DNA of 64,000 bases from Antedon mediterranea (Eukaryota > Animalia > Echinodermata): positions 18,090,795 through 18,154,794 of the forward strand of contig NC_092670.1 in assembly GCF_964355755.1 (NCBI RefSeq), read 5' to 3'. Position 1 is the stretch's first letter. The number at the start of each line of letters is the position of its first letter. The position numbers were made by a program, and so were the translations under genes. Under the pieces are notes generated by a model. It was not told where the DNA came from, made no database searches, and worked only from the letters and a program-made list of their open reading frames with translations. Below, piece by piece: positions 51,995 to 64,000 of the stretch.

Positions 51995-54210
51995 ATTGTA
52001 TATTTTATGAGAAGAAAATTTTTAATATAAGGAAAAAATTCTATAAATCTTAATTGATTAGTTTATTTCAAATAGTATATATATATATATATATTTTAGA
52101 AATGACATTTGCATTATTATTTGTATATTGTTATATAGTGTACTGTATTATGTATATTTTGATATGAAGAATAGTTGTAAATTTTGAAAGCCTGCTTTGT
52201 GTTGGATAAAGATTTATTTATGGTTTTGAGGGAAACAAATAAAAGTTTTCAACAAAAACAAAAATTGAATTGTGTGTATATAATTTTGTTTTAAAACAAA
52301 TTCTTGCAGCTAAAAAAAACAACTTTGCATAAAACAAGACGATATCGGACAATTAACAGACTTAGCATTATGAAAATTAAAAAAAAATATTGTTTTGTTG
52401 GTAGTACATGGTACAGTAACTGTTGGAGTTGGTATTCTACCAGCCTTGTAGCTGTAGCGCCACCAATAAAGTTAAGAACGAACTTTGGGCAGAATAGAAC
52501 ACATGGCTGGCCAGCAGAGTGGTAATTTAAATCTATTTGACTCCCAATTTTAATGCGTTTTCTATTAAAACAAGTATACAATATATGTGTACATATAGCC
52601 TCCAACTTTGGCTTGGTCTAAGCGGAGGATACACTAGAAAGAATGATAGAGTTAGGCTAGCTAGGCTTATTAATTTAAGACCAGGCCTACCTGCCCTTAA
52701 ATCACTCATTCATCAGCCAGGCGACAACAGTTGAGCTTTTATTAGGCCTATGGTCTGGTTAGGCGAGTGTAGGCCTAGGCTAACAAGACTCCAAGTTATA
52801 TAAAGGACCCCACGCTAGACTCAAGCCTATTGATTTTGTTGGTTTTGTATCTATTTTGCTTTATAAGATTAATAATTATTTATCTCGTAGACAACCTATT
52901 AAGTATCTGTATTTTATATATTAATAAATGTGTTTTTAGATCACCTTTTAGAATGCTGTTCAATTATTATTAATCATCATTAAGTCTAATTTAATTTATT
53001 TCATTCTGTACAAAAATAGGTTGGTCTTGTCTCTTTTTACATCTCTCTTTGTTTTTCTCTTCTTTTGGTAATTTGTATGTTATTTTTTGCAACATGAGGG
53101 CATTGCACTTGACAAAACCTTTCCATACTTGTACCCTTTTTTTCCTCAAGTTCAATGATCGATCGGAATGTGCTAGATAAATGCATAGATTGTGCATTTG
53201 CCAGATTATGTACTATACCCCAAGCAAAGGTACTAAACCCAGCAGTTAATGTCCTATCATCTACAACATGCTATGTTACATCAGTTTGACCTTGGCATGA
53301 GAATTCCCGCTAGATTTTTATTAATGTATATTTTGATGTGAGGAATTATGTCTTCTACTAAAATGTATGTTAGGAAAATTCCCACACTTTGATCGGAATA
53401 GAACACGATTCACATACTACTACTATACTACCCCTACACTAACGGATTTGAATTCTCTTCTCCAATCGCTTTCATTTCTGGTTAAAATTGATTAAACTAA
53501 GAAATTGTTTTAAAAAATTAAAATAAATTTTTGTTATTTAACTAATTATAGTAAGGGATGCCAATGACTGTCCACTTCTTTTTCATTATAGAACCTGAAA
53601 ACTACTAATAGCTTTATCAGAGATCATCTGCTGTGAATTAAATCCATGCATGGGTGAAGGTCATTGACCTTAGGGTATAAGAAGGTCAGGTTCAAGTAAA
53701 CTATGACTGCCAATTGAATACCCTTTTTATCTATCTGTACTGTTGTATTAAATTAATTATGTAATCAAATGTGTGAAATATAGACTTTCGTAATTAGTTT
53801 GATTTTAATAATTTGGGTTGATTTTATAAGCAGTTCATGTTTAATGATGTTAAAATTGTAATCAGAGGACACAGTTATTAATACCCAGGGGTGCAAGGTC
53901 ACAGTAAGTACCCAGGGGGGCAAGGTCAAAGACATCGGTAATGTTGAAGGTGGGTTGTTTCAAGTTGAATTAAACCATTCACTTTATTGCTCTTTTAGAT
54001 GGACCATGAATGACAGCAAGAAAACTAGCAGGAAAAATTGAGGTAAATATTTACTATTTTTTTAGGCACCATGTCAAAAATTATTGTACAGCAGTAACTA
54101 TTTTACTTACTCTTTCCTATTTATAGGCCTACAACATTGTTTTAGTAATCATACATACGGTACACGTCACTCATGAGTGATTATTGCAGTGCAAGCCTCA
54201 TGACAATGAC

Positions 54211-54765
54211 ATTTGATTTGATTTGATTTATTTCGGCATCAGTACATAAAATATCACAGACATACAATTAAAATTGGCAAATATAAAAATACAAAATAAA
54301 ACAAGGATGCCAAGGATAACTCATAAAAGTCCTCTACGGACTTGTTTCCAATGAGGTCCTTTGAAAGAACAGCAAAAAAGACAAACAAAGCAACATAAAA
54401 AAAATACAAAAAACAGCAAAAAGGACAATCGAAAAAAGAAGAAGCGCTAATTAAATAGTTTCTAGAGCTAGTGAACGTTCCTGTAGATACTTTTTAACTT
54501 TACTTTTAAAACAACAAACAGTTTGTGATTCCTTAATGTTAATTGGTAAATTATTCCATTCTTTAATAGCATTGTAAAAAAAGGTCACATGTGCCATTGG
54601 CTTGATAGTTGGGATTCTAAAATTAAAATTGCATCCCCTAGTATTGTAATTATGACTGTCTGAAATTCTAATAAAACGATTGCATAAATAAGGTGGACAA
54701 CAATGATTATATATTTTAAAAACATGACAGACTCTAAGAAATTCGACATAAGCTTCTATATTGAA
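54211..54765 (-). mobile_element. 3' end of a LINE (CR1/L2-group), truncated
   Basis: Minus translation TFFYNAIKEWNNLPINIKESQTVCCFKSKVKKYL (typical ORF2 C-terminus), followed by a 3' UTR and a (CAAAT)n tail. Confidence 0.75.
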
Positions 54766-56189
54766 CTAAAAAAAACATAAAACATTCTGTAATGTAAAGC
54801 TCTGTCTACACTATTCCAAATATGGTGGTGATATGCCCAAATATGGTAGTGATATAATCATCATGTCCATATATGGACATTTTTTGTCTCATATAGTTTG
54901 ACTATTTATCTTGGTGTGGATATGATACCTTTCTGATAAAATTGTTTCACACAAGAGGGGAAAAAGTTTCTGAATTTATATATGCCTAGAATTGGTTTCA
55001 ACTTACACTTTATAGTTTACTTTTCTGTATATCTTGTTTTTGTTTTCATCTTAGTTGAGTAACTGTAAAAGATAGAAAAATAATTGGTCCTACTGTCTCC
55101 ATTTTATTTTTTGGAGAAAAAAAATTGTAATAGATTTTTATAATAATATTGATGATTATCTTTGGAATGAATATATTTTTATAGTAAATTGTGTGAACAT
55201 CAGACAATAACAAGTCTTGGCAAAATTTCTTTAAAATTTTTATTTCGCACAACATAATAATACAAATATAGGAGGTATTTTATCAGCATATTATTACAAA
55301 AAGTATTAAAACTATTAGTGACCATATTATTTATTTGAGTAAAGGTAGATTGAAACAAAATATCTTCTTGCCTAAATTAAATAACGGTATAGAAAGCTTG
55401 ATAACTAATTTATTAAAAGTATCTATATACATTATCTACAATTTATGTAGTATCAAGACAAATTCTGTGCTACAGCATCACATATGGATCACATGACAAC
55501 TGTATCATAGGTTCTTAGAATAACTTTAAATACAGATGTCACATGTGATAGGCATGTGGCACTGTAACAAAATACTGGCCAAATTTATTATAAATATACA
55601 TCATTTAACACACCGAAAGGCCTTTTCATAAAGATTATTTCTTAGAATTATATTTTAATATAAACACAGTTGAAGTGTAAATCAATCATTTATTTATTCT
55701 TTTAAAAGTTAGGCAACCATCCAGGGTACTAAATAAAGCAGCTGCCAGGCTATAGAAATAAAACATCTGCAAACAAATTATTTATTTTGAAACACGTTTC
55801 TGAAATACACAGCTATTGGAATTAAACAGTAGTGAGCCCCCAATTGTTGCTTAAGATTACATAACTTTGGATTACAGATATAGGATAGTATCTTTTAATG
55901 TTACGAATAGAATAATTTTGACATTGTCACTTATTATAAAAATGGGAATGTAACATACAGTTAAAATAGATACAACTAAAAGTGAACATTACTATAAATA
56001 GAATTACATTCCCTTGATGTTATTTTTTATCCTTATTAATAAATAAAATGAACCTGCCAAGGATTATGTTTATTCAAATTCTGAAATGCCCAAAATGAGA
56101 AAGCTTTATACAGAGCCATGTGTATAAAGAGTTATATGACTTTGAATGGAGTAGAAGTCATGTCTGTGTCCAACTATTCCTATGTATAT

Positions 56190-57020
56190 GGGCCTGTTTC
56201 TGCTGCAACTGCTCAAAATACGGTATAAAAATACGGTATAAAATACGGTATTTTTTATACCGTATTTTTTAGTACCCCGTTTCTGCTAACAATACTTCTT
56301 GGGTGGTCGTGTTAAATTTCATCTTTTTTACCCAAATTGCCATTCATTTATTTGATCGATAATTAAAAGTCGCAATAAAGGAAGTTTTACGTCTCACTTT
56401 CAACAGCCTAGCCCCAGTGATAGATATGTTGTGAGAGCACAGAAAACATCGTAATGGGGACAATTAATTTGTTCCCTCCCCGAGTTATTGTATTTTGCAA
56501 TGTTGTACTGCTTTCGCAAGCTCTTCAGCTTTGAGTTTACTTGCTTTGGAGACAAGTCTATTCCATACTCCTGCTTTATTTTTTTAGAAATGTCTTTATA
56601 AATGTGGTTGTCCCTTTTATTACCTTTTAGTTGGCCAGACATTTTAGCTTCCCCACACAAATTTATTTAGTAAAACTGTGACGTCTTCGCTCCACATTTT
56701 CGCCGAATATATATATATAGGCCTACACGTGTGTAAAACAGCTGACAGCGACAGAAAATAAAAACACGAATGTTGACCTTTTGTCATGTAAAAAAAAAAT
56801 ACGGTATTTTTTATTGGCAGCAGAAACGGGTACAAAAAATACGGTATAAATTTGTAAATACCGTATTTTATCCACAAATTTTGTGGGGAAAATACGGTAT
56901 ACAAAATACAGTATATTTTTTATGAGCGCAGTTTCTGCTGCCAAAAATATACCGTATATCTATGGTATTCAAAAAATACCGTATAATATACGGTATTTAG
57001 TTGGCAGCAGAAACAGGGCC
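56190..57020. mobile_element. Harbinger-derived element carrying a Myb/SANT-like ORF remnant
   Basis: TIRs GGGCCTGTTTCTGCTGC...GCAGCAGAAACAGGGCC; many AAATACGGTAT subterminal motifs; related end at about 62267-62286. Confidence 0.75.
56400..56697 (-). pseudogene. Frameshifted Myb/SANT-like (trihelix) DNA-binding domain, Harbinger ORF2-like
   Basis: MWSEDVTVLL then, after a frame change, GEAKMSGQLKGNKRDNHIYKDISKKIKQEYGIDLSPKQVNSKLKSLRKQY...SGREQINCPHYD. Confidence 0.65.
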
Positions 57021-60000
57021 TTGTATGGAGTTGAGTCTTTTGTTTTGAAAATATATAACGTTGATTCGAATGGCTTTAACAATCGAATTTAATATCAAAA
57101 CAATCAATTTGTTTAAAGGTTTTTGTTAAAATAATAAAAAAATTATAAAGTTACATAGCTATATAGCAATTTTGGAACGGCTCTGGTTGTGCGCTCCATG
57201 CACGCTCTACGCGTGCACATTTAGTTTGTACAGCGATTCTCTATAGTATGCATTAATTGTTTTTACATTTTGTTGTTTAAAATCATGTTCGCAATAACTT
57301 TATGATTTCGTTATTATCTTAACAAAAACATTGAAACAAATTGATTGTTTTGATATTAAATTCAATATTTAAAGCCTTGTGAATGTTATACATTTTTAAA
57401 GCAAATTACTGACTCTATACGCTACATAAGCTAGTTGGACACTCCACGTGACTTTCTAAAATCCGTGAACGCAATGCCGTTACTTTTTATATATATGACT
57501 CTGGCTTTATATAGCCTACAGCGCCCTTTATCACTGCACAGGTTCAACCCTTTCGGGAATCCTCAATGCATCAGCTTGGCTCCTCCACCTGTCAATTATC
57601 GTATTTATGAGTAGCTAAGGGAGTCGTATTTCATAACAGGGCCGTCAGTGTTACAGGCAGGGTCACATATCATAACCAATTTGTAGAAAGGAGGCTGTGA
57701 TGTCATTAGCCTCCCTAGATATAATGTCATGTGGATTGTGGCTTTAATTTGAAAAGGTCACTTTCTGTTTATATTTGTCTAATATTATATAATAACATAC
57801 ACAAAATTATAATATAAATATATATATATTTTGTATCTTGGTTGGGGCGACTTTTTCTCATTCTCACAGATTTCCTCAATTTATCGTTTCAAATTAATTA
57901 ATTAATTTTCAGTATATCCCCGGGCAGTTTAAATGTTCCATGCCTAATGTGTTTCTATATTTTGTATAGTTATTTATTATCATCATGGATTAAAATTAAT
58001 TTTAGCAACTTTAGAACTTAGTATTTGATCACAATCTTAAGACTACAATACAAGTTTAAATTAGTTATTATTGTTTATTACTCTGTACTTTTGTGGTCAA
58101 CAGTTTTCGGAAGTACAGAATGCAGTTCTTGGGTGGTATTCCCTCATTGGTTTCTAATTAAAATATATAAAATTAAACCATTCCGAATATTATTAACAGT
58201 AGTACCCCCATCATCATACAGCACCATAGCCAATCAAATCGCCCCAAAGACGTACGATATCTTGCAATAATATTGAAATATAATTTACCGAACCATTGAT
58301 TACTAAGGCCCCAGTAGGATCGTTATGCATTGGTTAGAATTTATAGTCTTGGTAATAATAGTTATTGGAATTGATAGGTAACTCCACTAGTGGTTTACCC
58401 TGTATTAAACCCCTGTGTACTATATGGAGACTACAAGCTTATAGCTACCACTTGCTTTACCATATGAAATATATGTTGATGTCACAAACCACTAAAGATA
58501 TTTGTTACCAAACAACGTCATTCATGCATCCTTGTTGTCATCTGTGATTTACTGGTAGAAAAACAATTTTAAATTTTTTTTTTTTAAATAAAGAAAATAA
58601 TTTCTGCAGGTTCAGCAAGCCAAAATGTTGTTTCCGTAAAATTAAGTGGATTTAATTTCAATTTTTTTTTATAATTAATAGATAAAATTAGACTATTGAA
58701 TTTATAAGTATAATTTAAAAAAATTATTTTTAATATTAAATGTAAATTTTATATTGTTATTATTGTTTCAGAATGTAATCGCTACATTTTAAATGAATTG
58801 ATTTTAAAAAGAATAAAAAATGTATGTTGATATATTTATATAAATAATATAAATTCAACATTTTATTTTGTCCACTGGCAGCATATTCCCATACGGAGAA
58901 ATGCACACGCATGGCGTTTATTTTAATAAATACGATATACTTATTTCCCAATATGCCTTTATTGCTGTTTAATTGCTCAAAACCAAATTCTATATTCACT
59001 CCCATGTTGGGCAGTTTTACATTAATTCTTCAAATACTGTATATAACATAAAATTGAAATTTGTTTCAGTGGTAAAAATTATAATACTAACTGGTAGGAT
59101 GCCCTCTACGAGAAATATATATTTAGTTAAATGCCCGTCAATTATAAAGTCCAGTTACGTGTTAAAAATCAACTAATTTGCTATCCGTAGTTATGATGTG
59201 TCCGTTTTTATTATTACAGTAATTAAAAATGATGCCAATTATTTTAGAAATTGACAAACTATTTTGAGAAATGTTAAGATTGGTTCATCTAGTACATTCT
59301 AATCCAGGCAAGCAAATGCAATTAAAATTTTTCAATTAAGATAATTTTGTACATTTTAGATGACATCTACATCTATTTTAAAATAAGTGCTAAAATCAAT
59401 TTGTAATTAATCTATTTTAAGTATATATATGTACTTGAAAATTAAGTGCTTAAAATATATTTGAATGATTTTTATGAAATAATTTACACTTAATAGTCCC
59501 ATAAGGAGGAGAAGGTAAAAGTAAAGCTTCTTTACTAAGGCCTGGTTCACACCAGAACGTAATGCAAGGACGTACACACAATGCTAGTAATTGAACTGAT
59601 TGTTTAAATTGCTTAGTAAGTCCTTGCTTTGTATTTAAATGCTTATAATTGGTTAAAAGTTCATTTCCAATATGCTTTGAATATAATTGAATGTGGTCAT
59701 TAGGTGTAGCACTTAAAACTGGAGGTCCAGTGTACCTGGCTAATGTGCAAGAACCCAGTAAAGATTGGTGGGTGTTAATACCTCGTGTACTGGTCAGACC
59801 CTGTCGTTGTGGACAGACAAATGAGCACTGTTTGGTGGTTGTTTTGCGGAGATGAAAGATGTTGGGCGTGTATCATCTAGTACACTGAGCTTTGATATTT
59901 AATAATTGATGTACGTATAATGTAAAAAAAAACACATGTGTACTAAGTACTTATATAGAATGACTTATTGTTGCGTGAATGAGGAGTGTAATGGTTGTCT

Positions 60001-60696
60001 GTTCAATCTTTACATAATTTCACCTTGTGACTTCCACGGATTAGGATGTCTGAAATATTTTTAATGTTAATTAAAATTAATTTTTATATACCTGTCATCA
60101 GCACACTTTGTTGAATACACAAGAAACTCACAAAGAGCACATTGTGCCATTCTCATAACAAGCATCATAAAGCTATTTGCTCTTAAACAAAAGAAAATAT
60201 ATAACAACTAAACAGTGATTTCTAACAGTGTAAATATGTATCAATCTGAACCCGTCGTCAAATAACTGCGGATAAATGCATCTATTGTAATGTTCTACTT
60301 TACCGTACAATGAATACAATGCGTTGTGTGTTCTCATATCATTTAAATGTATTTGTACTTTTTGTGCGATCATTTTGATCGATTAGAGATTAACGATGTA
60401 GGACAATGATTATCTTTATCTTGACAGCTTACTTCCGACAAATTTTAAGAGTAGGCTAAAGTTAAGGCTTTTTTTATATCAATCAAACTTTGTTGGCCCC
60501 AGTACCTGGTGTACAGTGGTACATACTATTATACTTCACTATACTTATTGGTGGATGTGTTGTGAACCTCAGTTTAACTTAATTGTAACTTGTAAAAATG
60601 TGATGTGCCCATATATGGACATGATGATGTATAGCACTACCATATTTGGGCATTCACTACCATATTTGCAAAAATTTTACTGTTTTCTATGTGAAA

Positions 60697-60773
60697 TTAC
60701 CACAGTATTACGGTCAGTGTCATACAGCTCTGTGTTACCACAGTATTACTGTCAGTGTCATACAGCTCTGTGT
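60697..60773. repeat. 38-bp tandem duplication
   Basis: ttaccacagtattac(g/t)gtcagtgtcatacagctctgtg x2. Confidence 0.8.
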
Positions 60774-61040
60774 GAAACAGGCGTTAGAAAGAAATTGGTC
60801 CACTTCAGTGAGACTGAGACCAGTGTAAAACATGCTGGCTGTTATATACATTGTATGCTTGTTGCATGCTTTGTAAATGTAATTTAAATGTTGGGGAATA
60901 ACTTGCAACAGGTGTGGACAACACATACAGTACATTAACACAACTTTCTTCTCCCCTTCATGTCCCTTTGTGCTGCCACAACACGGTGCTCATTCGTCTT
61001 TCCACAACAAAAGGGGCTGAGATTGATCAGTACACTTTGT

Positions 61041-61440
61041 ATTTTTTATTTTTTTATTTTTTATTTCAACAATATTTTATGAGGGTGGTCCATCCAGCAT
61101 CAGCTGATCATTAGGGACCCTCAAACAATACAAACAGTAAATACAAAATAAACTATAAAAACACAAAATTAACAAAGATATAAAAAAAAATATTTATATG
61201 TATACAAATATACAGTATGCCAACAATGAAAGAAGGATAAAAAGAAATAAAATCAGAGAGAGAGAAACAGGTATTTTTTCAAAAGAGATTTAAAGGAGGA
61301 GAAATTGTAAGAGTTATGAATGCTTAAAGGTAGAGAATTAAAGAAAGAAGGAGCATTGAAACTAAAAGAAAGTTTAAAGATTTCAAGGTAAGGACGAGGG
61401 ATAAGAAGATCTCCTTTAGTAATTTGCCTAGAGGAGATCT
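61041..61440 (-). mobile_element. 3' end of a LINE, truncated
   Basis: Minus translation FSFNAPSFFNSLPLSIHNSYNFSSFKSLLKKYL, then a UTR and an A-rich tail. Confidence 0.65.
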
Positions 61441-62994
61441 TCTTATATATACTGTTGTTATACTGTTATTGTACTGATGATCTTATATTTGTATTGTGAT
61501 AGGTGTGTACCCTGTTTTATCACATCACTCCCTTTCATCTAATTAAGTTAGATTCATTTTGACATACATATATGGTTGTCATTACACTAATTGTAACTGT
61601 ATACAACTTCACACTGTTTTCTAGTAGACATTTTATCATTGCAGTGTATACGTTAGTTATTTTGTTTCAATTTGAGTGGAGACAACTCTAGGAATTTGAT
61701 ACTGTATGTAATATTGCAATACACATGGTCTGAAAATCATAGAGTATTGGTAAATGTGTTCAGTAAACATTGAAAAGGAAATTAAGAGAGACTATTCATT
61801 TCTAAAATATTGATTGTATAACATTTTGTAGAGTAATTGATCTTTTTAGCCAGCATAGTTTACCAAGACCATGGTAAGTTGTACTTGGCTGGCATTGATC
61901 TAGTTAAAATAACCCTGCTAATTGTAACCAGCGTTCGAATCACACTTTTCTAGGACCTGTCACGTGGACCTTACCCCTCTACAGTACTTAAATTGAGTCG
62001 GAGCACAATATTGCAATCGGATAACAAAAACCCCTGGAAGTGGGTGCGTTTTCTGTGAAAAAAAATAACTGGTTATAATCGTGTAAATAAAGTAACCCCA
62101 ATTTCTTGGCAGCAGAAGCGCAAATAAAGATTTGATCGACAGCTGTTATAGTATTTTCAACGTTTAATCACCTGATTATATTTTTTTAGTGACCAACCAC
62201 AAATTTAAACAGTTTGATTTGAGGGCAGGAAAATGATATTGTTGAATTAACCGGTTTATTCAGCACTGCAGCAGAAACAGGCCCCTAACAGCAAGCATTA
62301 TTTTAAGAATAAAGTCACAAATCATTCATTATTACTGTGAGAAAAATGGACCGCATTTCCTTATGATAAAACTGTTTTGTTTTTTTCTTAGGCATAATAA
62401 ATTAATCTGTGTTTGGAAATCTAACCTACTTCTCTATTAAAGACGCTTCCATTTGACGTCAAGAAGTGGAGTTTATGAAGTTTTAAAAGAGTTGGCATGG
62501 TAATGATCAGGCCTGCTGCTACACAAGGTAAATAGCCTTAAACATGTGTTGAGAAACATATATTTACCCGCTGTTTCATTTGTCTATAAACCTCTTTCCT
62601 ACTGCTGAAATATATTGTACTGTAATCAGGCAGGTTAATACACTATTCAAACTTTTTATGTCTTTTTGCTTGACGTCAACGAAACTGGTATGAGTTTCAG
62701 AAGCTTTATAAGAACATCATTGTTCATGTCATTATATTGGTATGATGGATGGGGTGGGTTATATGATACCAGCACCCATGATTTCAATTTTATAAGTTCA
62801 TTCAGAAACTAAATCTCGGAGGTTGTTCCAAAAGTAAATTAAATAAAAAGATAAACTTGAAAGTATGTGTACATGTAGTAAAGCATGTAGACACTGTGAA
62901 AACGTGATACCATTTGGTGCATTTTGTGTTAATCTATCTGATTTGAATCTTGTCATGTACCTGATGAGAATACTGTATTAATCTTAGCTACAGA

Positions 62995-63235
62995 TACTCT
63001 ATTCTATTCTATACAGGTTTTTGTATGGCACTTTACAAAGAACAGAGCGCCTAACAATACTTAGTAATTAATTAAAAAGAAAAGTTTTAAGTTGACGTTT
63101 GAATAGAAGTGCTGAATTCGCTCCTCTCAAATCGACAGGTAGCGCGTTTCAGATCCGCGGAGCAGCGACAGAAAACGCATTGTCACCAGCTTTCCGATTA
63201 GATTGTGGAATGAAAAGTCGGGTGGGATTATGAAT
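62995..63235 (-). mobile_element. L2-like LINE 3' fragment
   Basis: Minus translation GDNAFSVAAPRI*NALPVDLRGANSALLFKRQLKTFLF, followed by an (AATAG)n-type tail. Confidence 0.7.
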
Positions 63236-64000
63236 TTTACATTTAGTTAAATTAAAATTTAATTAAATATGTGTAGCGGAAATTACATTATTTCTCTTAC
63301 AATCAGTACAACCAGTCAGATATTTTTAATTACAGTTGGATATATATTATTTGACATTATAATCACCCATTCAAAGAAGAAAAAAAGATGATTTTAGGGG
63401 AACAATTGTATCCTTAACATATCTTGCCATAGTGGGATTTCTTCATTCTCTTCAGGAGCTCAATAAAGTACAAATTTGTTTTTGAGATGACAAACTATAT
63501 TAGAGTTTAATCTGTTTATGAAAACATGTGTAGTATCATTTCCTACCTTGTCTTATGCAGATTATATAACCATAGAAAAAAATGACTTGTTCGCAGGTCG
63601 TGCTGGGGTCACATTTACGACTTGTTTTTAAAAGGATAATCCCTGTCCTAATATAGGGATTCTAAACACACACAACCCGCAGGTAAATAAACAAATTCAG
63701 TGTCATGACGGGGTCATTTTCATACCTGTTTCAAACAGTAATGCATTCTCTGGATTCAGACACACCTGTCTCTGCTATGTTTATTTTAATTCTTGGACAA
63801 GTATAATTATATGTTTGAAAAATCGTGGTTGATGCATTTATCAAATGTTGAACTGTCTGCCACTTTTGCGGTGTATAGTCTATTTTGAAAGAAAATATTG
63901 AGTCTCGGTGAGCTATATTGACGATCGAAAAATAATTTATCATAATTTTTTTCGTTATTAAATGATATCACCAATTTTTTAAATACAAAGAAAGTACCCT

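Larger units (their letters stand above)
56111..57503. mobile_element. Palindromic non-autonomous element (hAT- or P-like, 8-bp TSD) interrupted by a nested insertion
   Basis: GCTTTATA|CAGAGCCATGTGTATA...TATATATGACTCTG|GCTTTATA; 57021-57150 is the inverted partner of about 57300-57420. Confidence 0.75.

Noticed and set aside
57500-64000. Short ORFs in the right-hand region
   Set aside because: AT-rich, overlapping repeats, with no recognisable domains or consistent splice chain.

Overview
AT-rich, intron-containing animal genomic DNA (an invertebrate, possibly a marine deuterostome; this is inferred from gene content and SINE types, not proven). Five protein-coding genes can be spliced by eye with GT-AG introns and consistent phases: (1) a class III/XXVIII-like myosin on the minus strand, running off the left edge and apparently lacking an N-terminal kinase; (2) EXOSC6/MTR3, minus strand, 7 exons; (3) CCDC47, plus strand, 12 coding exons, head-to-head with EXOSC6; (4) a ZAK/MLK-like TKL kinase fused to a C-terminal death domain, minus strand, 3 coding exons; (5) DLEC1/CFAP81, plus strand, about 28 coding exons, with an RFX X-box in its promoter. 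Non-coding DNA is dense with non-autonomous DNA transposons (Harbinger-like MITEs, P-like elements, long-TIR foldback elements), SINEs and LINE 3' ends. The most unusual signals are three 27-34 bp CAT-initiated palindromic inserts with 7-bp target duplications that look like P-element excision footprints (one is exactly 17+17 nt), a 3.3-kb foldback element in the EXOSC6/CCDC47 divergent promoter, the kinase-death-domain fusion, and TAGGCCTA-rich islands near gene 5' ends.
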